The notes: generated by a model not told the origin, from the letters alone. Shown: positions 9,801 to 18,312, counted from the stretch's first letter. The stretch: 29,059 bases of DNA from Rhizobiaceae bacterium (GCA_049290135.1 JBATNB010000342.1:1-29059); one strand, 5' to 3'. Made by a program: numbers and translations.

Positions 9801-10381
9801 AGCACGAGCCCGTCCTGGTGTTCGGTGGCGTCGGTATGGCGCGTCCCGAACAGCACGGTGAAGGCGGCCAGGAGCACCGCGACAATCAGGGCGATGTCAC
9901 CGAAGAAGTAATCCTCCGGGTTGGTGCCGGGAGAATAGTGCCCGACCATCAGGCTCAGCGAGCCGGCGATCGATTTGAGCTGCAGCGCGATGTAGGGCAC
10001 CGTGCCGATGATGGCGATCAGCGTGGCGATCGAGGCGACCAGGAAGCTCTTGCCGTAGCGCGCGGCCAGGAAGTCGGCGATCGAGGTGATGCGTTCGGCC
10101 TTCGACAGCCGCACCACGCGCCGCAGGAACGGAAAGCCGACGAGGAAGACCAGCACCGGCCCGGCATAGATCGCCACATACTCGAAGCCGCGTTCCGAGG
10201 CGACGCCGACGGACCCGAAGAAGGTCCAGGATGTGCAGTAGATCGCCAGCGAGAGCCCGTAGATCAGCGGCCGGTCGGAAATCGGCCCGGCGCGCGCCGC
10301 GCGCCGGTCGCCGGCGCTGGCGATGACGAACAGCAGCGTCACATAGGCGATCGCCAGGACGACGATGACCCACCCCTGCAT
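6890..10381 (-). CDS. Hybrid sensor histidine kinase with N-terminal sodium:solute symporter (SLC5)-like domain, STAC, PAS, HisKA/HATPase and receiver (CrbS/PrlS type)
   Basis: Multi-TM N-terminus with YCTSWTFFGSVG and ITSIADFLAARYGKS, IGSSSARL STAC-like segment, H-box AAGHDILQPLNAA, NLVSNALKYT, DTGIG, GLGLGL, C-terminal receiver CVDND..LLVDYHL..KP. Start ATG 10381 (MQGW...). Confidence 0.93.
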   Translation of the reverse strand: MQGWVIVVLAIAYVTLLFVIASAGDRRAARAGPISDRPLIYGLSLAIYCTSWTFFGSVGVASERGFEYVAIYAGPVLVFLVGFPFLRRVVRLSKAERITSIADFLAARYGKSFLVASIATLIAIIGTVPYIALQLKSIAGSLSLMVGHYSPGTNPEDYFFGDIALIVAVLLAAFTVLFGTRHTDATEHQDGLVLAVAVESIIKLAAFIAVGISVTFVLYGGAETILASAARNPDVAAAFGYRPSLATWIVLTAISGFAILLLPRQFYVSIVENRTDRELRTARWLFPAYLVAINIFVVPVAFAGLSLLGSSASADLYVLAIPLTRGQDLLAIAAFIGGLSAATAMVIVECVALAIMISNDLIIPLFIRRLLRPDASEAEDWTRVILTIRRGAIFFILFAAFLYYRETSGNEKLAAIGLLSFAAIAQFAPPFFGGLIWRGANARGAAAGLIAGIAVWAYTLLLPTFLPGDAPLLVDGPLGIATLRPQSMFGIDALPLNHGVFLSLVVNTLVFVFASLTRSQTALERNQAAIFVPREAAPSLPRKMKTTVTVGELKETIARYLGNEPAQRAFHRFELTEGRRFRDGEAVNDSIARYAEHLLASAIGSSSARLALSLLFQRSDKSTRATLRLLDDASVAIQQNRGLLQTALDQMEQGITVLDADMRLTCFNRQFRHLFGLNEELCQVGVPLERALTFLSARHEISAGDETIVLKKLSDWAKPFVIELARSGKIIEVRANPMPESGFVVTYTDISSHVEADKALKRANETLEQRVIDRTAELLRVNEELVQAQILAEEANLGKTKFLAAAGHDILQPLNAARLYCSSLIARTKDETLSDGVLRIESSLDSVETILNEVLDISSLDTGALKPAPARFRLDGLLKQVASDFLPQAQSKQLDLRIVPTTISVDTDRNLLRRLIQNLVSNALKYTRSGRVLVGARRRGELVELQVLDTGIGMPADKLSLVFTEFTRLDEGAREAPGLGLGLSIVDRIARVLRLELRLWSKPGKGSVFSVILPVSEAAPAPPAEAPAAQATATQLDGLRILCVDNDPRILDGMRQLLESWNCQVDTIAGSADLAQPKAAAIRKPDLLLVDYHLDRETGIGAIADLRRRFGEEVPAFLVTADRSTELRDEAGRLDIPIVNKPVKPAVLRSALMRRRREFNDAG

Positions 10382-10577
10382 GCCCTGTCCCCGTTTCGTT
10401 GCGAACTCTTCCCGCCGAAACAAACACAGGCTACGGGCCTTGTCCAATGCGGACCGCGGTCCGCCGGCGTTTGCAACGCCCCTTACCGGCCTTGCGCTTT
10501 ATGCTAGAGTGGACGCGGACTCGGTTGCCGCACGGCCCGCAGTTCAAGAAACTCTAATGTAAACGGGGACACCGGAT

Positions 10578-10991
10578 ATGCTTGAGGAATTCAAGGCCTT
10601 TATTGCCAAGGGCAATGTCATGGATCTCGCCGTCGGCGTGATTATTGGCGGGGCATTCGGCAAGATTGTCGGCTCGCTTGTCGATGACATCATCATGCCG
10701 GTTGTCGGCGCGATCTTCGGCGGCATCGACTTCTCGAACTACTTCGTCGGCTTGTCGTCGGCCGTCACCGCGCCGACCCTGACGGCGGCGAGGGAACAGG
10801 GCGCCGTTTTCGCCTATGGCAGTTTCCTGACGGTGCTGGTCAACTTCCTGATCCTGGCCTGGATCATCTTCCTGATGGTCAAGGCGGTGAACCGCATGAA
10901 GGCGGCGCCTGCTCCGGAAGCCCCTGCGGCGCCTCCGGCCGACGTGCAGCTTCTCACCGAGATCCGGGACCTGCTCTCCAAGGGCAAGTGA
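10578..10991 (+). CDS. mscL: Large-conductance mechanosensitive channel
   Basis: [39 protein letters not shown] and LLTEIRDLL signatures. Confidence 0.98.
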   Translation: MLEEFKAFIAKGNVMDLAVGVIIGGAFGKIVGSLVDDIIMPVVGAIFGGIDFSNYFVGLSSAVTAPTLTAAREQGAVFAYGSFLTVLVNFLILAWIIFLMVKAVNRMKAAPAPEAPAAPPADVQLLTEIRDLLSKGK

Positions 10992-11012
10992 TCGCCGGTC
11001 GGTCTCGAAGCG

Positions 11013-11046
11013 AAGGCCCGGCGCATCTGCCGGGCCTTTTCTTTTT
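11013..11046 (+). terminator. Rho-independent terminator of mscL
   Basis: AAGGCCCGGC(11013-11022)-gcatct-GCCGGGCCTT(11029-11038) hairpin followed by TTCTTTTT. Confidence 0.85.
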
Positions 11047-11064
11047 CGCGGCCTGAACGTACCG

Positions 11065-12234
11065 ATGTCGGCCATGACATTGCTTGACAATCTGCGGCCC
11101 GAAGCCGCCAGCGCCCCGGAAAGCGGCATCGTCGCCGCGATGAACTATGGTCGGCTGAAGCCCGGCCTCATCCCGCTCTGGGCGGGCGAGGGCGATGAGA
11201 CCACGCCTGACTTCATCCGCGAGGCCGCCATCGAGGCGTTGCGCGCCGGAGAGACCTTCTACACCTGGCAGCGTGGCATCCCGGAATTGCGGGAGGCACT
11301 GGCCCGCTATCACACGCGCCACTTCGGCCGACCGTTCCGGTCGGAGGAATTCTTGGTCACCGCGTCGGGCATGCAGTCGATCCAGCTTGCGCTGCAGGCG
11401 GTCGCCGGCGCCGGCGACGAGGTGATCTACCTGTCGCCGGCCTGGCCCAATTTCGCCGCCGCCGCCGGTATTGCCGGCGTAAAGGCGCAGCCGGTGCTGC
11501 TGGGCCTTGTCGACGGATGCTGGAGGCTCGACCTGTCCGGCGTCGAGGCCGCCGTCACGCCGCGCACGCGGGCGCTGTTCGTCAACACGCCGTCCAATCC
11601 GACCGGCTGGACGGCATCGCGCGCCGAACTTGCCGCGCTGCTTGCGATCGCCCGCCGTCATGGCCTGTGGATCATCGCCGACGAAATCTATGCGCTGTTC
11701 CATTATGGCGAGGGTCGCGCCCCGTCGTTCCTCGACGTGATGGAAGACGGCGACCGCGTGATCTTCGTCAATTCCTTCTCCAAGAACTGGGCGATGACCG
11801 GCTGGCGCGTCGGCTGGATCGTGGCCCATCCGTCGCTGCAACAGGTGTTCGAGAACCTCATCCAGTATTCCACCTCCGGTGTCGCGCAGTTCATCCAGAA
11901 GGCGGCGGTCCGGGCGCTGGAGTCCGGCGACGGGTTCATCGCCGCGCAGGTTGCCAAGGCGCGCGCCAACCGCGACCGCGCCGTGCAGATCCTGTCGCAG
12001 AACCCGGCATTCGAGATCGCCCTGCCGCAGGGCGCCTTCTACCTGTTCTTCCGGATCCGCGGCGTGACCGACCCGGCGCGCGATGTGCTGCGCATCATCG
12101 ACGAGGCCGGGATCGGCCTTGCGCCCGGCACCGCGTTCGGGCCGGGCGGGGAGGGCTGCTTCCGCATGTGCTTCCTTCGCCGCGCCGATGACGTCTCGAT
12201 GGCCGCGGCGCGACTGTCGGGATGGAGCCCCTGA
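11065..12234 (+). CDS. Class I/II PLP-dependent aminotransferase (aspartate aminotransferase-like)
   Basis: GIPELREAL, NTPSNPTG, IIADEIY, SFSKNWAMTGWRVGW (PLP lysine), GAFYLF, PGTAFG. Start may be 11074. Confidence 0.92.
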   Translation: MSAMTLLDNLRPEAASAPESGIVAAMNYGRLKPGLIPLWAGEGDETTPDFIREAAIEALRAGETFYTWQRGIPELREALARYHTRHFGRPFRSEEFLVTASGMQSIQLALQAVAGAGDEVIYLSPAWPNFAAAAGIAGVKAQPVLLGLVDGCWRLDLSGVEAAVTPRTRALFVNTPSNPTGWTASRAELAALLAIARRHGLWIIADEIYALFHYGEGRAPSFLDVMEDGDRVIFVNSFSKNWAMTGWRVGWIVAHPSLQQVFENLIQYSTSGVAQFIQKAAVRALESGDGFIAAQVAKARANRDRAVQILSQNPAFEIALPQGAFYLFFRIRGVTDPARDVLRIIDEAGIGLAPGTAFGPGGEGCFRMCFLRRADDVSMAAARLSGWSP

Positions 12235-12350
12235 TGCGTCCGGCGCCCGGATCGCCGGTCCGCGGCGTACGCGCCGTACTGACCGGTGTTAACTCCGCGT
12301 CAGCCATGCGAGGATATGGATATCCGGGCTGAGCGGGGAAGGGCAGGGGA

Positions 12351-14132
12351 ATGCAGGGCGCCTTCGGATTCATGAAACGGGCGGTGATCGACCTCGCGGT
12401 GTTTTCCGCGGTCGTCAGCGTGCTGCTGCTGATCATCCCGCTCTATCTGCTTCAGGTCTATGACCGGGTCCTCCCCGCCTCGAGCGGCGACACGCTGGTG
12501 TTCCTGACCATTATCGCCATGGCCGGCCTCTTGGTGCTCGGTATCGTCGACGAGGTTCGCGCACGTTATGCCGGCCGGATCGCCCTCAGGATCGACCGTG
12601 AACTCGGGGCGGCCGCCTTCAGGATCGCCATATCCTCCCCCGGCGCGGCTACCGGTACCGAGCCGGCGCTGCGCGACCTGGCGTCCGTTCGCGCCTTCCT
12701 GTCGAACCGCGCGGCATTCACCCTTTTTGACCTGCCGTTCGCGCCGCTGTTCCTGATCGTGCTCTATTTCGTTCACCCGCTTCTCAGCCTGGTGACGCTG
12801 GCCGGCATCCTGGTCCTTTTCCTCATTGCCTGGTTCAACCGCACCGCCACCCAGGCCGGGGCGCAGGAGGCCGTCGACGCGGCGGTCGCCGCCAATGCCG
12901 TCGCCCAGGTCGCGGCGCGCAACCTCGAATCCATCCGGGCGCTCGGCATGATGGGGGCGATGACGCAGCGCTGGGGCCGCCGCTTCGCCCAGTCGGCGCG
13001 CATCGGCGATGCCGTGGCCCGCGTCAACTCGCGCTATGGCGGCATTTCCCGCACCGTCAGGCTCGGGCTGCAGATCGTGACGCTCGGCCTCGGCGCATGG
13101 CTCGTCCTGTCGAAGGAGATGACGGCCGGCATGATCTTCGCGGCCTCGATCATTTCCGGTCGCGCGCTTCAGCCGATCGATCAGGTGATCAACGGATGGC
13201 GTCAGATCGCCGATACCGGGCAGGCCTGGAAGCGGCTTTCCGGGCTGGCGCAACGCCTGGCCCTGGCTCGCGAGGCCAGCCGCACCGATCTGCCGGCGCC
13301 GACCGGCGCGGTGTCGGTCGACAACCTCGTCTATTTTCCGCCCGGGTCGGATCCCGGCGCGCTTCCGCTGATCAAGCGCCTGACCTTCGCCATCGCGGCC
13401 GGCGAGACCATCGCCATCGTCGGCCCGAGCCGGGCCGGAAAATCGACCTTGGCGCGCCTGCTCGTCGGCGCCATCGAGCCGAAATCCGGCTCGGTGCGCA
13501 TGGACGGCGCCGACATCAAGGCCTGGGACTCCGAGGCGCTCGGCGTCCATGTCGGGTACATGGCGCAGGAAGTCGAACTCTTCTCCGGCACGGTCGGGGA
13601 GAACATTTCGCGTTTCGCCGCCGATCCCGATGCAGGCGACGATTCGGTCAAGGCGGCGATGGCGGCCCGGTCGCACGACCTCATCATGGCGTTGCCGCGG
13701 GCTTACGACACGATCGTCGGCCCGGGAGCCCACCGCCTGTCGGGCGGCGAGAGCCAGCGGATCGCGCTTGCCCGGGCGTTCTTCCGCGATCCCAGGTTGA
13801 TCATCCTCGACGAACCCAATGCCCATCTCGATCAGGAGGGTGAAGCCGCCCTCGAGAAGGCCGTGGCCGCCGCGCGGGCCCGGGGGGCGACCGTCATCAT
13901 CGTCACCCACCGCCCGTCGATTGCCGGCAAGTGCGATCGGATCATGGTTCTCCGCGACGGCCAGATCGAGAAGTTCGCGCCGGCCGCCGAGGTCTTGCGC
14001 TCGCTTGCCGAGGCAGGGGTTGCGCGCGGCCCGGCGGCCGTACCGCCGCAAAATGCGCCAAATCCCGGCGCACGCATGGCCCAGCCCTACAGATTGAGGC
14101 CGGTTCCGGGGCCGGGAGACCGCAAGCCATGA
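12351..14132 (+). CDS. Type I secretion system ABC permease/ATPase (PrtD/PrsD family)
   Basis: PLYLLQVYDRVL, DLPFAPLF, MIFAASIISGRALQP; Walker A GPSRAGKS, LSGGESQRIALARA, Walker B IILDEPN. Confidence 0.93.
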   Translation: MQGAFGFMKRAVIDLAVFSAVVSVLLLIIPLYLLQVYDRVLPASSGDTLVFLTIIAMAGLLVLGIVDEVRARYAGRIALRIDRELGAAAFRIAISSPGAATGTEPALRDLASVRAFLSNRAAFTLFDLPFAPLFLIVLYFVHPLLSLVTLAGILVLFLIAWFNRTATQAGAQEAVDAAVAANAVAQVAARNLESIRALGMMGAMTQRWGRRFAQSARIGDAVARVNSRYGGISRTVRLGLQIVTLGLGAWLVLSKEMTAGMIFAASIISGRALQPIDQVINGWRQIADTGQAWKRLSGLAQRLALAREASRTDLPAPTGAVSVDNLVYFPPGSDPGALPLIKRLTFAIAAGETIAIVGPSRAGKSTLARLLVGAIEPKSGSVRMDGADIKAWDSEALGVHVGYMAQEVELFSGTVGENISRFAADPDAGDDSVKAAMAARSHDLIMALPRAYDTIVGPGAHRLSGGESQRIALARAFFRDPRLIILDEPNAHLDQEGEAALEKAVAAARARGATVIIVTHRPSIAGKCDRIMVLRDGQIEKFAPAAEVLRSLAEAGVARGPAAVPPQNAPNPGARMAQPYRLRPVPGPGDRKP

Positions 14133-15451
14133 CCCTTCAAACGACACCCGGCGACTGGCGGAACGACCTGCCGACCGACGTCGGCCGCATTTCGCTGGCC
14201 GGTTATTCGACGATCATCGCGTTTGCCTGCGGTTTCGGCATCTGGGCGGCGACGGCACCCCTGGACGGCGCGGCCATCGCGCCGGGAATTGTCGCGGCCG
14301 CCGGGCAGAACGTGTCCATCCAGCATCTGGAAGGCGGCATTGTCGAAACCGTCAATGTCGAGGAAGGCCAGAAGGTCGTCGTCGGGGAGGCGCTGCTGAC
14401 GCTCGACCGGACGCGCCCGGAAGCCGATCTCAACCGCCTGGCCAAGCAGCTGATTGCGCTCGAGGCGCGCTCCGCCCGCCTGCTTGGCGAGCGCGACGGC
14501 CTCGACCGCATGCCCGAGCCGGCGTTCTCGACGATCCTGCCGGGCGGAGAACTGGCGCCGCTCGTCGACGATCAGCGGCGCGAATTCGATGCGCGGCTCG
14601 CCCGTTTCCGCGCCGAAAGCGAAATCCTCAGGCAGCGCGTCGGCGCGCTGGAGGAATCCGTGGTCGGGCTCGAAGCGCAGAAGAAGGCCAGCGCCGACCA
14701 GCTCGAACTGGTCCACGACGAGATCGGCCGCAAGAAGGCGTTGCTCGACAAGGGCCTGACCAATCGTTCCGAATATACCGACCTGTTGCGCGCCGAGGCC
14801 GATCTGATCGGTCAGGTCGGCGCGATCACCTCGCAACTGGCCTCGTCGGCCAGCCAGATCATGGAAAGCCGCCAGCAGATCGAGCGCCTGACCACTTCGC
14901 GGGTCGAGGAAGCCATCGCTGAGCTGAATGAACTGCGCACGAAGTCGGCCGACCTTGCCGAGCAGATCCGCGCCGCGCAGTCGATTCTCGACCGCACGAT
15001 CGTGCGCGCGCCCACCGACAGCATCGTGGTCCGCACGCTCTACAACACGCCCGGCGCCGTCATCCGTCCCGGCGAACCCGTCATTGAACTGCTACCGACG
15101 TCGCGCGACCTGGTGATCGAGGCCCGGCTTCGCCCGGCCGACATCGATGTCGTGCACCTCGGGCAGGCTGCGCGCCTGCGCTTTTCCGCGCTAAACGCGC
15201 GCACGACCCCGGAAGTGCCCGGCGTTATCACCTATATCTCGGCCGACAGGCTCGTCGATCCGGCGACGAAGGAAAACTACTATGTCGCGCGCCTCAAGAT
15301 CGAGAACGAGCTTCCAGACAGCTTCGATCGCGAACGCATCTATCCCGGCATGCCGGTGGAAGCGATGCTGTCGACCGGGGATCGCACCTTCCTGGACTAT
15401 CTGACGCGGCCGGTTCGCGATTCCTTCAACCGCGCCTTCCGCGAGGATTGA
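14129..15451 (+). CDS. Type I secretion membrane fusion protein (HlyD/PrtE/PrsE family)
   Basis: Single TM then WAATAPLDGA, IQHLEGGIV, long coiled coil, IVRAP, GAVIRPG, YISAD, YPGMPVE, RTFLDYL..P. ATG 14129 overlaps the ABC stop (ATGA). Confidence 0.93.
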   Translation: MTLQTTPGDWRNDLPTDVGRISLAGYSTIIAFACGFGIWAATAPLDGAAIAPGIVAAAGQNVSIQHLEGGIVETVNVEEGQKVVVGEALLTLDRTRPEADLNRLAKQLIALEARSARLLGERDGLDRMPEPAFSTILPGGELAPLVDDQRREFDARLARFRAESEILRQRVGALEESVVGLEAQKKASADQLELVHDEIGRKKALLDKGLTNRSEYTDLLRAEADLIGQVGAITSQLASSASQIMESRQQIERLTTSRVEEAIAELNELRTKSADLAEQIRAAQSILDRTIVRAPTDSIVVRTLYNTPGAVIRPGEPVIELLPTSRDLVIEARLRPADIDVVHLGQAARLRFSALNARTTPEVPGVITYISADRLVDPATKENYYVARLKIENELPDSFDRERIYPGMPVEAMLSTGDRTFLDYLTRPVRDSFNRAFRED

Positions 15452-15514
15452 CGGGCCATTTTGTTAATCCCGGGATGATAGGGTCTTGGCCGTCGTCTCT
15501 CATACGGATGCGTC

Positions 15515-16576
15515 ATGGCCGTACTTGTCACCGGCGGCGCCGGCTACATCGGCAGCCACATGGTCTGGGAACTCCTCGATCGCGGCGAGGACGTCGTCGT
15601 CATCGACCGGCTGTCGACCGGCTTTGCCTGGGCCGTGCCGGCGGAAGCGCGTCTCCATGTCGGCGACATTGCCGATCGCGATCTGTTGCGCACCGTGTTT
15701 TCGCTGCACCCCATCGACGCGGTGATCCACTTCGCCGGATCCGTGGTCGTGCCGGAATCGGTGGCCGATCCGCTCGGTTACTATGCCAACAACACCTGTG
15801 CCTCGCGCCTGCTGCTTGAGGAGACGGTCAGGGCCGGCGTCGGCCATTTCGTCTTCTCCTCCACCGCGGCGATCTACGGCGCCGTCGGCGATGCGCCGGT
15901 TGGCGAGGACCATGCCGCCGTCCCGGTCACGCCGTACGGCGCCTCGAAGCTGATGATCGAGCGCATGCTGGCCGATGTCGCCGCCGCGCATGCATTCAGC
16001 TATGTCGCCCTGCGTTACTTCAACGTCTCCGGCGCCGATCCGAAGGGCCGGACCGGCCAGTCGACCCCCGGCGCCACGCATCTGCTGAAGGTCGCCTGCG
16101 AAACGGCGCTCGGCAAGCGCCCCTACATGGAGGTGTTCGGCGACGACTACGCCACCGCCGATGGCACCGGCGAGCGCGACTTCATCCATGTCTCCGATCT
16201 CGTCGCCGCCCATGGCCTGGCGCTCGATCATCTGCGAAGCGGTGCGCCGAGCCTGACGGCCAATTGCGGCTACGGGCGCGGTTTTTCGGTCCGCCAGCTG
16301 ATCGGCGCCGTGAAGCGCGCCACCGGCCGCGACTTCGAGGTTCGAGTCGCCCCGCGTCGCCCCGGCGATCTGGCCCGCGTGATCGCCGACCCGGCGCGCA
16401 TCCGGGCCGTTCTCGGCTGGGAACCGCGCCACGATGACCTCGACCACATCGTCAGCACCGCGGTCGACTGGGAACGCAGCCTGTCGACCAGGAACACGCC
16501 GACGATGATCGAGACGCCCGATCCCGGCCATTACCCGCCGCTGATCCGCCGCACGGCGCCCAGGCGCGTGCGCTGA
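15515..16576 (+). CDS. galE: UDP-glucose 4-epimerase
   Basis: VLVTGGAGYIGSH, IHFAG..VPESV, FSSTAAIYG, YGASK (YxxxK), LRYFNV.GA, RDFIHVSDL, RRPGD. Confidence 0.95.
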   Translation: MAVLVTGGAGYIGSHMVWELLDRGEDVVVIDRLSTGFAWAVPAEARLHVGDIADRDLLRTVFSLHPIDAVIHFAGSVVVPESVADPLGYYANNTCASRLLLEETVRAGVGHFVFSSTAAIYGAVGDAPVGEDHAAVPVTPYGASKLMIERMLADVAAAHAFSYVALRYFNVSGADPKGRTGQSTPGATHLLKVACETALGKRPYMEVFGDDYATADGTGERDFIHVSDLVAAHGLALDHLRSGAPSLTANCGYGRGFSVRQLIGAVKRATGRDFEVRVAPRRPGDLARVIADPARIRAVLGWEPRHDDLDHIVSTAVDWERSLSTRNTPTMIETPDPGHYPPLIRRTAPRRVR

Positions 16577-16581
16577 GGCGC

Positions 16582-16923
16582 CTGGAAAGGCACTGCATCG
16601 CCCCGGGGCAAGCCGATGCGGAGCGGCGACCTCGAATCCTTCAACGGCGGATGCGCGACGGGCCGTCGAACGAACGCCTGTTCTTCGGCCTTGATCACGC
16701 GCGAAGCGCCATCGCCGAATGGCGGCACGACTTCAACAGCGCGAGGCCGCACAACCCGCTCGGCTAACAAACCCCGGCGGCCTTCACCGGAACCGTCACT
16801 GAAACCGGCCCCGACGCCGCGCCCATGGATAGCCCCGCGTCTGCGCCGGTTGCTCAACCCGCGCCCAATGGCGCAACTGAAGTGGCTCTGATCGCCGCTG
16901 GATGAAGTTCCGGTTGCAGGTCA
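16582..16923 (+). mobile_element. IS3-family (IS407-group-like) insertion sequence remnant: OrfB C-terminus and right end
   Basis: Frameshifted translation reads HCIAPG/KPMRSGDLESFNG/MRD...LFFGLDHARSAIAEWRHDFNSARPHNPLG*QTPAAF...ALIAAG*. This matches IS3 OrfB I.PGKP.QN...ESFNG..RDE.LN...RPH..LGY.TP. Ends in an IR-like ...GTTGCAGGTCA (3'-CA at 16923). Confidence 0.85.
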
Positions 16924-17165
16924 CTCGGACCACGCCGGCGAAAGGGCCGGATGAGGCGAACCAGCGGGGACGCGCTGGCGCACGGCACGCGCGGTGGCAT
17001 GATCCGGACCCATCTTGGCTTGTAGATATGATGCCGCGCGCGGTGACAGATCTGCGTCATGCAATTGCGACCGTTTCCGCTTGGAAGCGTTGTCCTGAAA
17101 TAGCTAACGGGAATGCTGATGGATGGGTATCTCGGATGAATAAATCCGGGTTTTCCCGAGCATTG

Positions 17166-18236
17166 TCAAATTGCCATGGATGGTATTGCTTCGAGATTAT
17201 CGCGTTTCGAGCGACCGATCTTCCTGTATTGCAGGGGGGAGGCGCCGGTCCAGCGCTTGAAAGCAGTCGTGAACGGCGCGGTGCCGGATTAGTCGAGCAA
17301 TCCTGCGACGCTTCCGACAGAGGCGTCGGTTTCCACCAGAAGATGCCGGGCCATGCTCTCGCGGACTTTTTCCATTATGTCCGAAAAACTGGTCCCTTCC
17401 TTGGCCAATTGCCGCTGAAGCGTCTTTGGATTGACATCGAGCGACTTGGAGACGGATTCGACATTGCAAGCGCCCGCGCCAAGAATGGAAGTAATGGTCA
17501 AGGCGACCGTACTGGCGAAGGAATGATCGACCAGCCGCATGCGGCGTATGCGCTCGGAGACATACAATCGCATCAGCGGCTTGAGGACGCGCAGGCTTCC
17601 GTTCGTCGCGTAGCTCAGGATTTGCCGCGGGGCGACGATCTCGACATGGTCGCATCCGAATTTCACCGGGCATCGGAACAGCTCGGTATGCATGCTGGTG
17701 TCGGAAGGTTTGCTGTGTTGAAACCGCACTTCTATCGGATTTTCGTCGGGGCGATTTGCGATCACCCGACACACGCCAACGATATTGGCGATGGTGGCTT
17801 CGGTCACCTGGCGCGCAGGTAGCGAAAGCGCGTCGAAATGGACGCGCAACAGAATCGTTTCATCTCCTTCAGGCTCGATCAGCTGCAGGAAGAACCCGTT
17901 GGTATGGAACCGCCAATAACGCATTGCGGTCTCCACCCACTCGCCGAGCGTGCGCACGAAACTCGCCATCCAGATTGTCGGGCCGAGTTGGACATAGTCC
18001 GGGTGGCAATTTTTTGAGGTGAGCAAACCGAAGTGTTCGATGTTGTGGCGAAGCGTGGCGATTTCCCACAGCGCGGCGACGCGGCGAAAGGAAACCAGCC
18101 GGTCAAGTTCCCCCAGTGCACTCGGCGGCAAACCGACTTCGGCCATCATCGAATGCGCATCGCATCCGTGCTCGGCCAGCAGCTCCTCAAGGCCGATCAG
18201 ATTGACTGCACGAATGTAGGGTTCGCCCGAAATCAT
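17166..18236 (-). pseudogene. AraC-family transcriptional regulator (N-terminal Arabinose_bd_2-type domain) with in-frame TAA at 17289-17291
   Basis: N-domain ..VRFQHSKP...FRCPVKFG; HTH1 VSKSLDVNPKTLQRQLAKEGTSFS. After LLD* the same frame continues SGTAPFTTAFKRWTGASPLQYRK (canonical AraC HTH2 tail) to TGA at 17166-17168. Confidence 0.88.
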
Positions 18237-18273
18237 TCCGCCCGTTTATTTCAAAGCAGGGCCTCCCGGAAGG

Positions 18274-18312
18274 TGTGTCCTGAAATATCAAAAATGCAGG
18301 ACACAAAATCAA
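18274..18312. promoter_or_regulatory. Candidate operator between araC and the autotransporter
   Basis: Perfect 9-bp inverted repeat TGTGTCCTG(18274-18282)-N14-CAGGACACA(18297-18305); ATCAA at 18287 and 18308 (21-bp period). Confidence 0.5.

Noticed and set aside
7946..10507. Long antisense ORFs (853 aa here; also 851-2479, 12300-14147, 18424-20832, 24994-26943, 16902-17822)
   Set aside because: Shadow ORFs opposite well-supported genes, expected from high GC3 codon bias, with no recognisable motifs.
12289..12307. CtrA-like site TTAA-N7-TCAGCCAT upstream of the type I secretion genes
   Set aside because: The second half-site has two mismatches to TTAAC, which is too weak without conservation data.
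16554..16570. Possible degenerate att copy (CGGCGCCCAGGCGCGTG versus tRNA-Phe end TGGTGCCCAGGGGCGGA) at the left island edge
   Set aside because: Only 12/17 identity in very GC-rich DNA and inside the galE frame. Position is suggestive but chance cannot be excluded.
16560..16585. 8-bp inverted repeat CCAGGCGC/GCGCCTGG across the galE stop
   Set aside because: No T tract, 10-nt loop, and such GC-rich stems are common by chance. Not called a terminator.
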